A DNA stretch of 35,003 bases from Rickettsia typhi (GTDB taxonomy: Bacteria > Pseudomonadota > Alphaproteobacteria > Rickettsiales > UBA1997): contig CAMCSJ010000002.1 of the NCBI GenBank assembly GCA_945878005.1, positions 1-35,003 on the forward strand. Reading direction: 5' to 3'. The position numbers were made by a program, and so were the translations under genes. The stretch's first letter is position 1. Every line of letters begins with the position of its first letter. Below are positions 26,873 through 35,003 of this stretch, piece by piece. Under the pieces are notes generated by a model. That model saw only the letters and a program-made list of their open reading frames with translations. It was not told the DNA's origin and searched no databases.

Positions 26873-28051
26873 ATGCAGGAACAAATTACAAAACTTAACA
26901 CCAAGATTAATCATTTTTTAAGAAAAAATTATATTGATATTAATCGCGTTGAGATTGAAGAAGTTGTTTCTGATATCGATAATTTTATTTCAATTGTTCA
27001 AGCTCAAAATCAACTTAGATCAGATATTTCAAAAATTTTTTGTGAAACATTATTTGGAGAAAATAAAGTAAATATTGTTCACGTAATTGCTAAATTTGGA
27101 TCAATTGAGCAATTAACTAAAGTTGTTGAAATTGCTGGAGTTGGAATTGTAAACATGTTTGATAATAACTGGTTTTCACCACTTCACTATAGTGCAATAA
27201 ATGGTCGAGATGAGTTGGTAAAAGGTTTAATAAATTTTGAAGCTGATCGCCATGCACTTACCTCTCCCGAAACTAGAAAATGGCATAGTATTCATTTTGC
27301 TTGTCGATATGGACATTTAAAAATTGTCAAAATTTTAATCGATCTTGAAATTAATATCGAAATTAGAACTGGATTTGGATTAACCCCATTGCATGTTGCA
27401 TGCGAATTTGGTAAATTCGAGATCGTAAAATATTTACTTTCACTTGGTGCACAAAAAGATCCGATTACCATTGACGAAAATCAAAATATGACTCCATTAC
27501 ATTATGCAGTTGTTGGAAATTTTTTGGGATTAACCGAATTGCTTTTAATCTCTGGTGCTGATAAAAATAAATGCGATATTAAAGGTTATAGTTCAGTCGA
27601 TATTGCTTCAAAAAATAATCTCATTGAAATGGTTAAATTATTTTTAAGATGGGGAGTAAAAAATATCGAATCTCCTCTACAAATTGCTACCTCTCTCAAC
27701 CATAATGAAATTAAAGAAATTATCCAAAAATATCTTAATGCCAAAAAATGCTTATTTGACAAAAATAGTTTAAAAAAATTAACTCCCGAATTAATTGAAA
27801 TGATGGGAAAATTTAATGGCGTAAATCTTTTTCAGCCAATGGTTAAAATTTTTGGCAATGTTGAATTTAATGCTTTTGGGATTTTTAATTTAACCAATAT
27901 CGTTGGATTTTTTTCTAAAAGAGAAATTGATTTTGTGCAATTTGTTGAAGATCACGAAATTATCGAATTATGCGAAGCACTTGATAGAGTTAAGGAAATT
28001 CTTGTTAATGGTCACGGCGAATTAATAAAAATAAGTTTAGAGAATATTTAA
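26873..28051 (+). CDS. Ankyrin-repeat protein
   Basis: At least four or five ANK repeats, for example SPLHYSAINGRDELVKGLINFEADRH, HSIHFACRYGHLKIVKILIDLEINIE, TPLHVACEFGKFEIVKYLLSLGAQKD and TPLHYAVVGNFLGLTELLLISGADKN. Non-ANK regions flank the repeats at both termini. Confidence 0.85.
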   Translation: MQEQITKLNTKINHFLRKNYIDINRVEIEEVVSDIDNFISIVQAQNQLRSDISKIFCETLFGENKVNIVHVIAKFGSIEQLTKVVEIAGVGIVNMFDNNWFSPLHYSAINGRDELVKGLINFEADRHALTSPETRKWHSIHFACRYGHLKIVKILIDLEINIEIRTGFGLTPLHVACEFGKFEIVKYLLSLGAQKDPITIDENQNMTPLHYAVVGNFLGLTELLLISGADKNKCDIKGYSSVDIASKNNLIEMVKLFLRWGVKNIESPLQIATSLNHNEIKEIIQKYLNAKKCLFDKNSLKKLTPELIEMMGKFNGVNLFQPMVKIFGNVEFNAFGIFNLTNIVGFFSKREIDFVQFVEDHEIIELCEALDRVKEILVNGHGELIKISLENI

Positions 28052-28075
28052 CAAATATCATCAATATTTGTTAAA
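28047..28075. terminator. Candidate bidirectional intrinsic terminator between the convergent ANK gene and pdxJ
   Basis: Perfect 12-bp inverted repeat tttaacaaatat (28047-28058) / atatttgttaaa (28064-28075) with the 5-nt loop catca. The left arm contains the ANK stop codon. The stem is AT-only, so stability is modest. Confidence 0.5.
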
Positions 28076-28080
28076 TATAA

Positions 28081-28875
28081 TTATCTTTCAATAGCTTTAA
28101 GCATTTTTTTTATAACTTCGGCTAATCCAAAAAATATCGCTTCGCCAATTAAAAAATGACCAATATTTAATTCAACAATTTCAGTTATTTTAGCAATTTT
28201 TTTAGCAGTTTGATAATTTAATCCATGACCTGCATGGCATTCTAACCCTAGAGAATCCCCATATTTAACTGCTTCTTTAATTTTTAAAAATTCTCTTTCT
28301 TGATCCTTATTAGCTTTTAAACAAAATTCTCCCGTGTGAATTTCGATGATATCAGCATTAATTTTTTTTGCACAATCAATTTGCTTTAAATCAGCATCAA
28401 TAAAAAGCGAAACTCGAATTTTTTTCTTATGAAGTTCGTTAATCATTTTCGTTAATTTCACTTGATGTTTAACAATATCCAATCCACCTTCAGTGGTGAT
28501 TTCTTGCCTTTTTTCAGGAACAATACAAACTGCATTTGGCTTAGTCTTCAAAGCTATTTTGAGCATTTCATCAGTTGGAGCAATTTCTAGATTGATTGGT
28601 AATTTTATAGATTTTTTAAGTTTGATTAAATCAAGATCGCGAATATGTCTGCGATCTTCTCGTAAGTGAATAGTAATTCCATTTGCTCCTGACTTTTGTG
28701 CTAAAATCGCTCCTGCCACAGGACAAGGATGAGATTGACCTCGAGCATTACGAATCGTTGCAATATGATCAATATTCACCCCTAATCTAATTTTCGAAAT
28801 AAATTTTTGCTTGGTAGTTTTTTTAGTATTTATTTCAATAAATTTAGTAGTTTTTTCAGTAAATTTCTTGGGCAT
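28081..28875 (-). CDS. pdxJ: Pyridoxine 5'-phosphate synthase
   Basis: LGVNIDHIATIRNARG, HLREDRRHI, EKRQEITTEGGLD, IEIHTG and HAGHGLNY. The track ORF starts at a TTG at 28947. ATGs at 28929 and 28875 are alternatives. 28875 avoids overlap with the MFS gene but still leaves a basic leader of about 27 aa before the conserved core. Confidence 0.9.
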   Translation of the reverse strand: MPKKFTEKTTKFIEINTKKTTKQKFISKIRLGVNIDHIATIRNARGQSHPCPVAGAILAQKSGANGITIHLREDRRHIRDLDLIKLKKSIKLPINLEIAPTDEMLKIALKTKPNAVCIVPEKRQEITTEGGLDIVKHQVKLTKMINELHKKKIRVSLFIDADLKQIDCAKKINADIIEIHTGEFCLKANKDQEREFLKIKEAVKYGDSLGLECHAGHGLNYQTAKKIAKITEIVELNIGHFLIGEAIFFGLAEVIKKMLKAIER

Positions 28876-28894
28876 TTTTTTTGGAAGATTTTTG

Positions 28895-30061
28895 TTATTT
28901 TCTGTTTTTAAAACTGTATTTTTTTTCATAAAATAAAATATTACCAAGATAAATTATACAAGGAACTGCAATGATTACGGGAAAATATTTGATGCCAAAA
29001 AATTCTCCCATTAATCCTCCAAAAATACTTCCGCTAATTGCTCCTAAAGTTCCAATTAATTGAAAAGTTGCTCCTGCGGAAATCAATAAATCCTTGCTAT
29101 AATCTTCATTCATCATTTTATAAACTGCAACAAAAATGCAAGCAATAAATGCTCCTAAAATAAAATAAATCAACACCACAAACCAGTAATTATGATGAAA
29201 AAATATCAGCGAAATAAAAAGTAGCAAACATCCTGCAAAGCCAATATTGATAAGATTATCTGGCTTATTTTTCTTAAGTAAAAATCCTACCACCAAATCA
29301 AAAAATCCACTCGCATAATAAGCAGTAATTAACAATCCAGCATTTTCGTAACTATAGCCAAGGCTTACTCCGTAAATCACCGTAAAACCTTTTAAAGTAT
29401 AAGCTTGAAAATCCATAAAAAATCTTGCCAAAAAACATTGGGGATTTTTTTTATAAAAATGTCCCAAGCTTATCCTTGTAGGATTAGCAATCTTTGGTGG
29501 TAATTTTTTTAAGGGAAGTAAACAGCAAAATGATCCAATCGTTAAAATTGCCGATGCAATAAATGAATAAATATTATTTGCTCCTAAAAGCTTGACAATC
29601 ACTGGTCCACTAGCATTTCCAAAGGATATAATCATACTAAATAACCCGATTCCAACTCCGCGATGATTATTTTTAAGTAAAATATTTAGCCAAGAAATTC
29701 GGGTAATTGTGTAAATAAAATAACAACTTCCAATCACCAAAAACATCATAATCCACAACCAAAAACTCACATAAAAAAATAGTAAAATAGTTGTTAATGA
29801 ATAAAAAATCGTGCTAAATAACAGAGTTTTTAATAAATGAAATCTCGCAATAATTTTCGATAAAAAAAATGCCGTAATAATCCCCGCTAAAGTCTCAAAT
29901 GCAGTTGCGCTTCCAATCCATGCAGGACCAGCTCCGTGTATTTTAAAATTAGTTGGAAAAATTACATTATTAATTCCAAATGAACAGGCAAACAAAAAAA
30001 AACTCAAATATAAAAAATTTAAATCACGATTCAAATTTAATTTTTTTAAAATAAATTTCAT
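28895..30061 (-). CDS. Major facilitator superfamily transporter
   Basis: 388 aa with about 12 predicted TM helices in a 6+6 arrangement. The substrate cannot be inferred. Confidence 0.75.
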   Translation of the reverse strand: MKFILKKLNLNRDLNFLYLSFFLFACSFGINNVIFPTNFKIHGAGPAWIGSATAFETLAGIITAFFLSKIIARFHLLKTLLFSTIFYSLTTILLFFYVSFWLWIMMFLVIGSCYFIYTITRISWLNILLKNNHRGVGIGLFSMIISFGNASGPVIVKLLGANNIYSFIASAILTIGSFCCLLPLKKLPPKIANPTRISLGHFYKKNPQCFLARFFMDFQAYTLKGFTVIYGVSLGYSYENAGLLITAYYASGFFDLVVGFLLKKNKPDNLINIGFAGCLLLFISLIFFHHNYWFVVLIYFILGAFIACIFVAVYKMMNEDYSKDLLISAGATFQLIGTLGAISGSIFGGLMGEFFGIKYFPVIIAVPCIIYLGNILFYEKKYSFKNRK

Positions 30062-30120
30062 AAGTTTATGTTAATGATTATTTGTGAATTTTGAAAAATT
30101 TACTTTCCAAAATAAATTAT

Positions 30121-30180
30121 TTTTTTAAATCCTTTTTTAAGATCCTTTTTTAAATCCTTTTTTAAATCTTTTTGCAAATT
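30121..30180. repeat. 12-13-bp tandem array (5 units, ttttttaa[a/g]atcc) in the divergent MFS/dxs spacer
   Basis: The units are ttttttaaatcc, ttttttaagatcc, ttttttaaatcc, ttttttaaatc and tttttgcaaatt. Confidence 0.85.
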
Positions 30181-30325
30181 TATTTCAATATTAATGCTTG
30201 CAGTATTTACCATCATTTTGTAATTTAAAAAAACAGTTTGTTTGTTTTTTTTAAGAAATAAACAGTTTTTTATAAAAGTTTCTTATAAAACAAAATAGTT
30301 TTTTTTAAAAATATATTTTCTAACA

Positions 30326-32260
30326 ATGGCTAATAAAAAAAGTGAAGAATTAACTGAAAATAAATTACTTGATCAAGTCAAATATCCTGAAGATCTTCGG
30401 CATTTTTCTTTGGATGAATTAAAACAATTCTCCCAAGAACTTAGAAACGAAACCATTAATCTCGTTGCCAAAACGGGAGGACATCTCGGTGCAGGACTTG
30501 GAGTTGTCGAGCTTACTTGCGCATTGCATTATGTCTTCAACACTCCTCATGATAAATTAATTTGGGATGTTGGTCATCAAGCCTATCCTCATAAAATCAT
30601 CACGGGAAGAAGGGATAAAATGTTAACCATTCGTCAACCAAATGGCTTATCAGGTTTCACCAAAAGATCAGAAAGCGAATATGATCCGTTTGGTGCAGGA
30701 CACAGCTCCACCTCAATTTCTTCAGCTCTTGGAATTTCAGTTGCTAAAAAATTTAAACATGAAAAATCTCACGTAATAGCAGTAATTGGCGATGGAGCAA
30801 TGTCTGCAGGAATGGCTTACGAAGCCTTGAATAATGCAGGTGCACTCGAGGATGAATTTTTTAGCGATAATCGTTTAATCGTAATTTTAAACGATAATGA
30901 CATGTCGATTGCTCCTCCAACTGGTGCAATGTCGCATTATTTTTCGAGATTAGTTGCATCAAAATCCTATTTAAAAATTCGTGATTTTTCCAAAAAAATT
31001 GTCGATAAATTACCTGATTCAATTGGCAAATTTCCTCGCAAATTTGAAAAGGCAACCAAGGAATGGTGGATGGGCGGAAATATTTTCGAAGAACTTGGAT
31101 TTTATTATATTGGACCAATTGATGGTCATAATCTCGATGTGCTAATTCCAATTCTTGAAAATATTCGTAGTGACAAAGCCAGTGATCCAATTTTAATTCA
31201 TTGCATTACTCAAAAGGGCAGGGGATTAAATGAAGAAATGCCCAGCGAAGATAAACTCCACTCCGTTGCAAAATTTGATGTTGCAACCAAAATTCAACAA
31301 ACTCAAGCTTCAAGTAAATTATCTTACTCAAAAATTTTTGGAAAAAAACTTGCTCAACTTACCAATCACGATCCAAAAATTCTCGCAATTACCGCAGCAA
31401 TGCCTTCGGGAACTGGTCTCGATGAATTTGCTAAAATTCATCCCAAGAAAATTTTTGATGTAGGAATTGCCGAACAACATGCAGTTACTTTTTGTGCAGG
31501 TCTAGCAACCGAAGGGCTAAAGCCATATTGTGCAATTTATTCAACTTTTTTGCAGAGAGCTTATGATCAAGTGGTTCATGATGTAGCGATTCAAAAATTA
31601 CCAGTTCGTTTTATCATTGATCGCGCTGGATTCGTTGGAGCAGATGGTCCAACTCACGCAGGATCATTTGACATCGCATTTTTAATTAACTTACCACATT
31701 TTGTGTTAATGGCTCCTAGTGATTCACAAGAATTAATAAAAATGTTAAACACTGTTAACAAAATTGATGATTGCCCATCCGCAATCCGCTTTCCGCGAGG
31801 CGAGAGCAATCAAGAAATTGATTTTGACGATCAAGAAATTTTAGAAATTGGCAAAGGAAAAATTATTGAAAATGGCGAAAGCGTTGCTATTCTTGCTTAC
31901 GGAACGATTTTACAAAATGCTCTCAAGGCTAGCGAAATTTTACGCAAAGAATTTAATTTAAAAATTACCATCGCCGATGCTAGATTCGCTAAGCCATTTG
32001 ATCGCGAATTGGTGATTGACTTAGTTAAAAATCATCAATTATTAATCACTCTTGAAGAAGGTGCAATTGGAGGATTTGGCAGTGTAATTGCCAAATTTTT
32101 ACATGATAGCGCAGTTCTTGATAATTCAAAATGTAAGTTTCGCCAAATGGTTATGGCTGATCAATTTATCGAGCAAAATAAAATTGAAACCATGCAAGAT
32201 CAAGCAGGAATTGGTGTTGAAGCAATTGTAAATTTGATTAAAGAGCAAATTTTAAAATGA
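30326..32260 (+). CDS. dxs: 1-deoxy-D-xylulose-5-phosphate synthase
   Basis: GGHLGAGLGVVELT, WDVGHQAYPHKI, the TPP motif GDGAMSAGMAYEALNNAG..NDN, and DRAGFVGADGPTH. 644 aa. Confidence 0.97.
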   Translation: MANKKSEELTENKLLDQVKYPEDLRHFSLDELKQFSQELRNETINLVAKTGGHLGAGLGVVELTCALHYVFNTPHDKLIWDVGHQAYPHKIITGRRDKMLTIRQPNGLSGFTKRSESEYDPFGAGHSSTSISSALGISVAKKFKHEKSHVIAVIGDGAMSAGMAYEALNNAGALEDEFFSDNRLIVILNDNDMSIAPPTGAMSHYFSRLVASKSYLKIRDFSKKIVDKLPDSIGKFPRKFEKATKEWWMGGNIFEELGFYYIGPIDGHNLDVLIPILENIRSDKASDPILIHCITQKGRGLNEEMPSEDKLHSVAKFDVATKIQQTQASSKLSYSKIFGKKLAQLTNHDPKILAITAAMPSGTGLDEFAKIHPKKIFDVGIAEQHAVTFCAGLATEGLKPYCAIYSTFLQRAYDQVVHDVAIQKLPVRFIIDRAGFVGADGPTHAGSFDIAFLINLPHFVLMAPSDSQELIKMLNTVNKIDDCPSAIRFPRGESNQEIDFDDQEILEIGKGKIIENGESVAILAYGTILQNALKASEILRKEFNLKITIADARFAKPFDRELVIDLVKNHQLLITLEEGAIGGFGSVIAKFLHDSAVLDNSKCKFRQMVMADQFIEQNKIETMQDQAGIGVEAIVNLIKEQILK

Positions 32261-32261
32261 T

Positions 32262-34070
32262 ATGGTTGATAAACAATTGGATAAACCATTAGCTGAAATT
32301 CTTCGTCCACAAAAATTAGCAGATGTTATTGGTCAACAACATTTGTTAGAAAATAATGGTGCATTGCAAGTTTTTTTAGAGTCAAAAAAAATTCCATCGC
32401 TAATTTTATTTGGACCAACGGGAGTTGGAAAAACCACCATCGCCAAACTTTTGGCAAATATGATTGATGCCAATTTTATCATGATTTCGGCAATTACTTC
32501 GGGAGTTGCGGATTTAAAAAAAATTTTCGATGAAATAAAAAATGAAAAAAAATTTTATCAAGCAAGTCAACGAAATCAAGATGATCCCCATGATCTCAAT
32601 AATCCCCATAATTACGCTGATCATGAACAGTCAAATTTATTTGCCCAAATTCCTGAAAAAAAACCTGAAAAAAAAATTTTTAAAAAAACTATATTGATGG
32701 TTGATGAGATTCATCATTTCAATAAAACTCAACAAGATTTATTTTTACCAGTAATCGAAGAAGGCTTGCTAATAATGGTTGGAACCACTACCCAAAATCC
32801 GTCCTTTCATTTAAATTCTGCACTTTTATCGCGTTGTAAAATTTTACAATTGCAAGAATTAAACGAAAATGATTTAGAAAAAATTTTACAAAGATGCGAA
32901 AATATTTTACAACAAAAATTATTGTTAACCACTAATGCTCGGCAATATTTAATATCTTCATCATGCGGAGATGCTCGCTACTTAATCAATGCTTGCGAAC
33001 AGATTTTTGCTAAACAAAACTCTCAAATTAACCCTCCCAAAAACTCTCAAAATAATTCTCCAGAAATTTCTCAAGAAAACTCTCAAAATAATTCCTCAAA
33101 AAAATCGCCAAAAAACTTGCCGATAAACTCATTAGAAAATAATCAGCAAACTTTAGAAAATAATCAGCAAAACCCTCAAGAAATTTTATTAGATGAATTT
33201 GAATTAGAAAAATTCATAACAAAAAGAGCGCCAAATTTTGATAAAAAAGGCGATTTTCATTTTAATTTAATCAGTGCATTTCATAAATCGCTTCGCGGAA
33301 GCGATGTCAACTCCGCTCTTTATTACCTTGCTCGCATGCTCATTGCCAAGCAAGATCCATTTTATATTTTTCGTCGACTCGCTCGATTCGCCACCGAAGA
33401 TATCGGAATTGCCGATCCCCAAGCTCTCATCCAAGTTATGACTGCTTTACAAAATTACCAATTTTTGGGAAGTCCCGAAGGCGATTATGCTCTTAGCTAT
33501 GCGACAATTTATTGCGCTAACGCTCCAAAATCCAACGCTTGCTATGTTGCTCACCAAAACTCCATTGCAATCGCTTTAGACTCAACTCACCTTACTCCCC
33601 CGATCCATATTTGCGATAGCACTTATTTCAAAGCTGTTAACAAGCAAGAGCAATTATTGCAAAATAATATTAATCTAGAAAAAAGTAGTTCTAATTCAAA
33701 ATTAACTAATCCCAATCAAAACCAGCAAGATTTAACAACAAGCAATAAAAATCAACAACCAATTAAAGAAGTCGATATTTGTGATCCACTCAATTTTCAA
33801 AACCCCAGCAATCCCAATATTCCCAACAATTCCTTTGGTCATGATAAAAATATACCGCCAAATAAATTAAATTATATTTATGATCATGATACGCTAAATT
33901 GCTTTTCTGGGCAAGAATATTTGCCCGAAATTTTGCGAAAAAAATATCAAAATAATCCCACCCAATTGCAATTTTATCAACCCTCCAACCGCGGTTTCGA
34001 AAAAGACATCACCAAACGCATCAACTACTGGCAAGTCCTGAAGGAAAAAATTAATAATGAGAATAGCTAG
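32262..34070 (+). CDS. rarA: Replication-associated recombination protein A (AAA+ ATPase RarA/MgsA) with three low-complexity insertions
   Basis: Walker A GPTGVGKTT, Walker B/sensor ILMVDEIHHFNKTQQD, GDARYLIN, FDKKGDFHFNLISAFHKSLRGSD and ALYYLARM. At 602 aa it is visibly longer than the E. coli RarA sequence I used for the by-eye alignment. The ATG lies 1 nt after the dxs TGA. Confidence 0.9.
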   Translation: MVDKQLDKPLAEILRPQKLADVIGQQHLLENNGALQVFLESKKIPSLILFGPTGVGKTTIAKLLANMIDANFIMISAITSGVADLKKIFDEIKNEKKFYQASQRNQDDPHDLNNPHNYADHEQSNLFAQIPEKKPEKKIFKKTILMVDEIHHFNKTQQDLFLPVIEEGLLIMVGTTTQNPSFHLNSALLSRCKILQLQELNENDLEKILQRCENILQQKLLLTTNARQYLISSSCGDARYLINACEQIFAKQNSQINPPKNSQNNSPEISQENSQNNSSKKSPKNLPINSLENNQQTLENNQQNPQEILLDEFELEKFITKRAPNFDKKGDFHFNLISAFHKSLRGSDVNSALYYLARMLIAKQDPFYIFRRLARFATEDIGIADPQALIQVMTALQNYQFLGSPEGDYALSYATIYCANAPKSNACYVAHQNSIAIALDSTHLTPPIHICDSTYFKAVNKQEQLLQNNINLEKSSSNSKLTNPNQNQQDLTTSNKNQQPIKEVDICDPLNFQNPSNPNIPNNSFGHDKNIPPNKLNYIYDHDTLNCFSGQEYLPEILRKKYQNNPTQLQFYQPSNRGFEKDITKRINYWQVLKEKINNENS

Positions 34071-34079
34071 CCCAAAATT

Positions 34080-34165
34080 GAGATTTTTTAGGAGAGTTTT
34101 TTAGGAGAGTTTTTGAAGGAAATTTTTAATAAGATTTTTAGGGATTTTTTAATCAATTTTTAATT
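34080..34165. repeat. Degenerate purine-word + T5-6 tandem array immediately downstream of rarA
   Basis: The units are gagattttttag, gagagttttttag, gagagtttttgaag, gaaatttttaataa, gatttttagg, gattttttaatc and aatttttaat. Confidence 0.7.
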
Positions 34166-34388
34166 AGCTCTTTAATAAAATTGATCATCGAATTTTATAA
34201 AAAAATAATCAAATTTTTAAAAATAAATTTTAAAATAATAATTTATAGATTTGTTAAGTTTACTTACTTAAGCTTTAATATTAAGCTTCAATAATCCCAT
34301 CGCCATTTAAAAACTTCGCTTAATTTTAACTGCCACGAATCGCCACCCAAGCCCTTTGAATAGAGTTTAAATTTAATTTAATGTTTTA

Positions 34389-35003
34389 ATGATAAAGTTT
34401 ACTGAAGATTCAAGAGTTAAAATACCGACGATAATTCATCTAACTCGCCTTGGCTATAATTACCTTTCGCTAAATGGTGCTAAATGGGATGAAAACACTA
34501 ATATTTTTTCTGAAATTTTTATAGAAAATATTGTTAAAATTAATGATGGAATTGAAAAAGAAGACGCTCAAAGATTACTCGAAGATACAACTCTAGCTCT
34601 AGAAAATGAAGATCTCGGAAAGGCTTTTTATGAAAAATTAATCGCAACTTCTGGTTTAAAATTAATCGACTTTACTGATTTTAGCAAAAATCGTTTTGAT
34701 GTGGTAACGGAATTAACTTATAAAAATGGTGATGAAGAATTTCGCCCCGACATAACTTTGCTGGTGAACGGCATGCCTTTAATATTTATTGAAGTAAAAA
34801 AACCAAACAATAAAGAGGGAATAATTGCCGAAAGAGATCGTATTAATAAACGCTTTAAAAATCTTAAATTTAGAAGATTCGTTAACATCACCCAGCTTAT
34901 GGTTTTCTCAAATAATATGAATTATGATGATGAGCAAATTGACCCTTTGCAAGGTGCTTTCTATTCTTCTCCTTCATATCGTGAGCCGATATTTAATTAT
35001 TTT
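34389..35003 (+). CDS. hsdR: Type I restriction enzyme R subunit, N-terminal part only (the gene runs off the right edge)
   Basis: Not in the ORF track because it has no stop. The frame is open from the ATG at 34389 to the window end. EDSRVKIPTIIHLTRLGYNYLS and the PD-(D/E)xK-like RPDITLLVNGMPLIFIEVKKP are typical of the HsdR N-terminal nuclease domain. Confidence 0.8.
   Translation, partial: MIKFTEDSRVKIPTIIHLTRLGYNYLSLNGAKWDENTNIFSEIFIENIVKINDGIEKEDAQRLLEDTTLALENEDLGKAFYEKLIATSGLKLIDFTDFSKNRFDVVTELTYKNGDEEFRPDITLLVNGMPLIFIEVKKPNNKEGIIAERDRINKRFKNLKFRRFVNITQLMVFSNNMNYDDEQIDPLQGAFYSSPSYREPIFNYF

Noticed and set aside
30861-31463. ORFs 30861-31190 (minus) and 31230-31463 (plus, out of frame) inside dxs
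   Set aside because: dxs is full-length with all TPP and transketolase motifs, so these are shadow ORFs.
1-35003. Alternative genetic code (UGA=Trp), as seen in some AT-rich reduced genomes
   Set aside because: dxs ends at a TGA exactly where homologs end, and is followed immediately by the rarA start. Trp positions checked in conserved motifs are TGG. The standard code 11 explains all ORFs.
1-35003. tRNA, rRNA, tmRNA or RNase P genes in the intergenic spacers
   Set aside because: I scanned the spacers by eye. I found no cloverleaf-compatible segments, no T-loop GTTCRANYC-type motifs and no rRNA-like conserved blocks. A covariance-model scan would be needed to exclude small ncRNAs.

Overview
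The window is strongly AT-rich bacterial DNA, densely coding apart from a few long spacers, and uses the standard code (TGA is the dxs stop). Gene content and order look alphaproteobacterial and resemble an obligate-intracellular Rickettsiales- or Holosporales-like lineage. The evidence is a split F0 operon atpB-atpE-b'-b, a long-form icd, nusA-infB, an IalB-family protein, an ankyrin-repeat protein, and N/Q/K-rich insertions in housekeeping proteins. I support 27 CDS. In order they are: a partial subtilase-like protein, a small ORF, DUF1330, dps, a Zn-ADH, MscS, icd, two giant paralogous membrane proteins, lnt, hisF, cytochrome b561, infB, nusA, pheT, the four F0 genes, IalB-like, a membrane-anchored orphan, an ANK protein, pdxJ, MFS, dxs, rarA and a partial hsdR. 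I found no tRNA, rRNA, CRISPR array or recognisable transposase. No complete, clearly novel system can be proven from sequence alone. The best candidates are: (1) two tandem paralogous polytopic GT-C-like membrane proteins overlapping each other and lnt; (2) a secreted subtilase-like protein in which all three catalytic residues appear substituted, with a Gly9 tether; (3) a co-directional IalB / membrane orphan / ankyrin module closed by a perfect 12-bp hairpin; (4) tandem duplications that straddle stop codons, plus a family of T-tract tandem repeats of about 12 nt in intergenic DNA; (5) low-complexity insertions inside conserved enzymes, including one between Walker A and Walker B of RarA. 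All family assignments come from motif recognition by eye, because no searches were possible.
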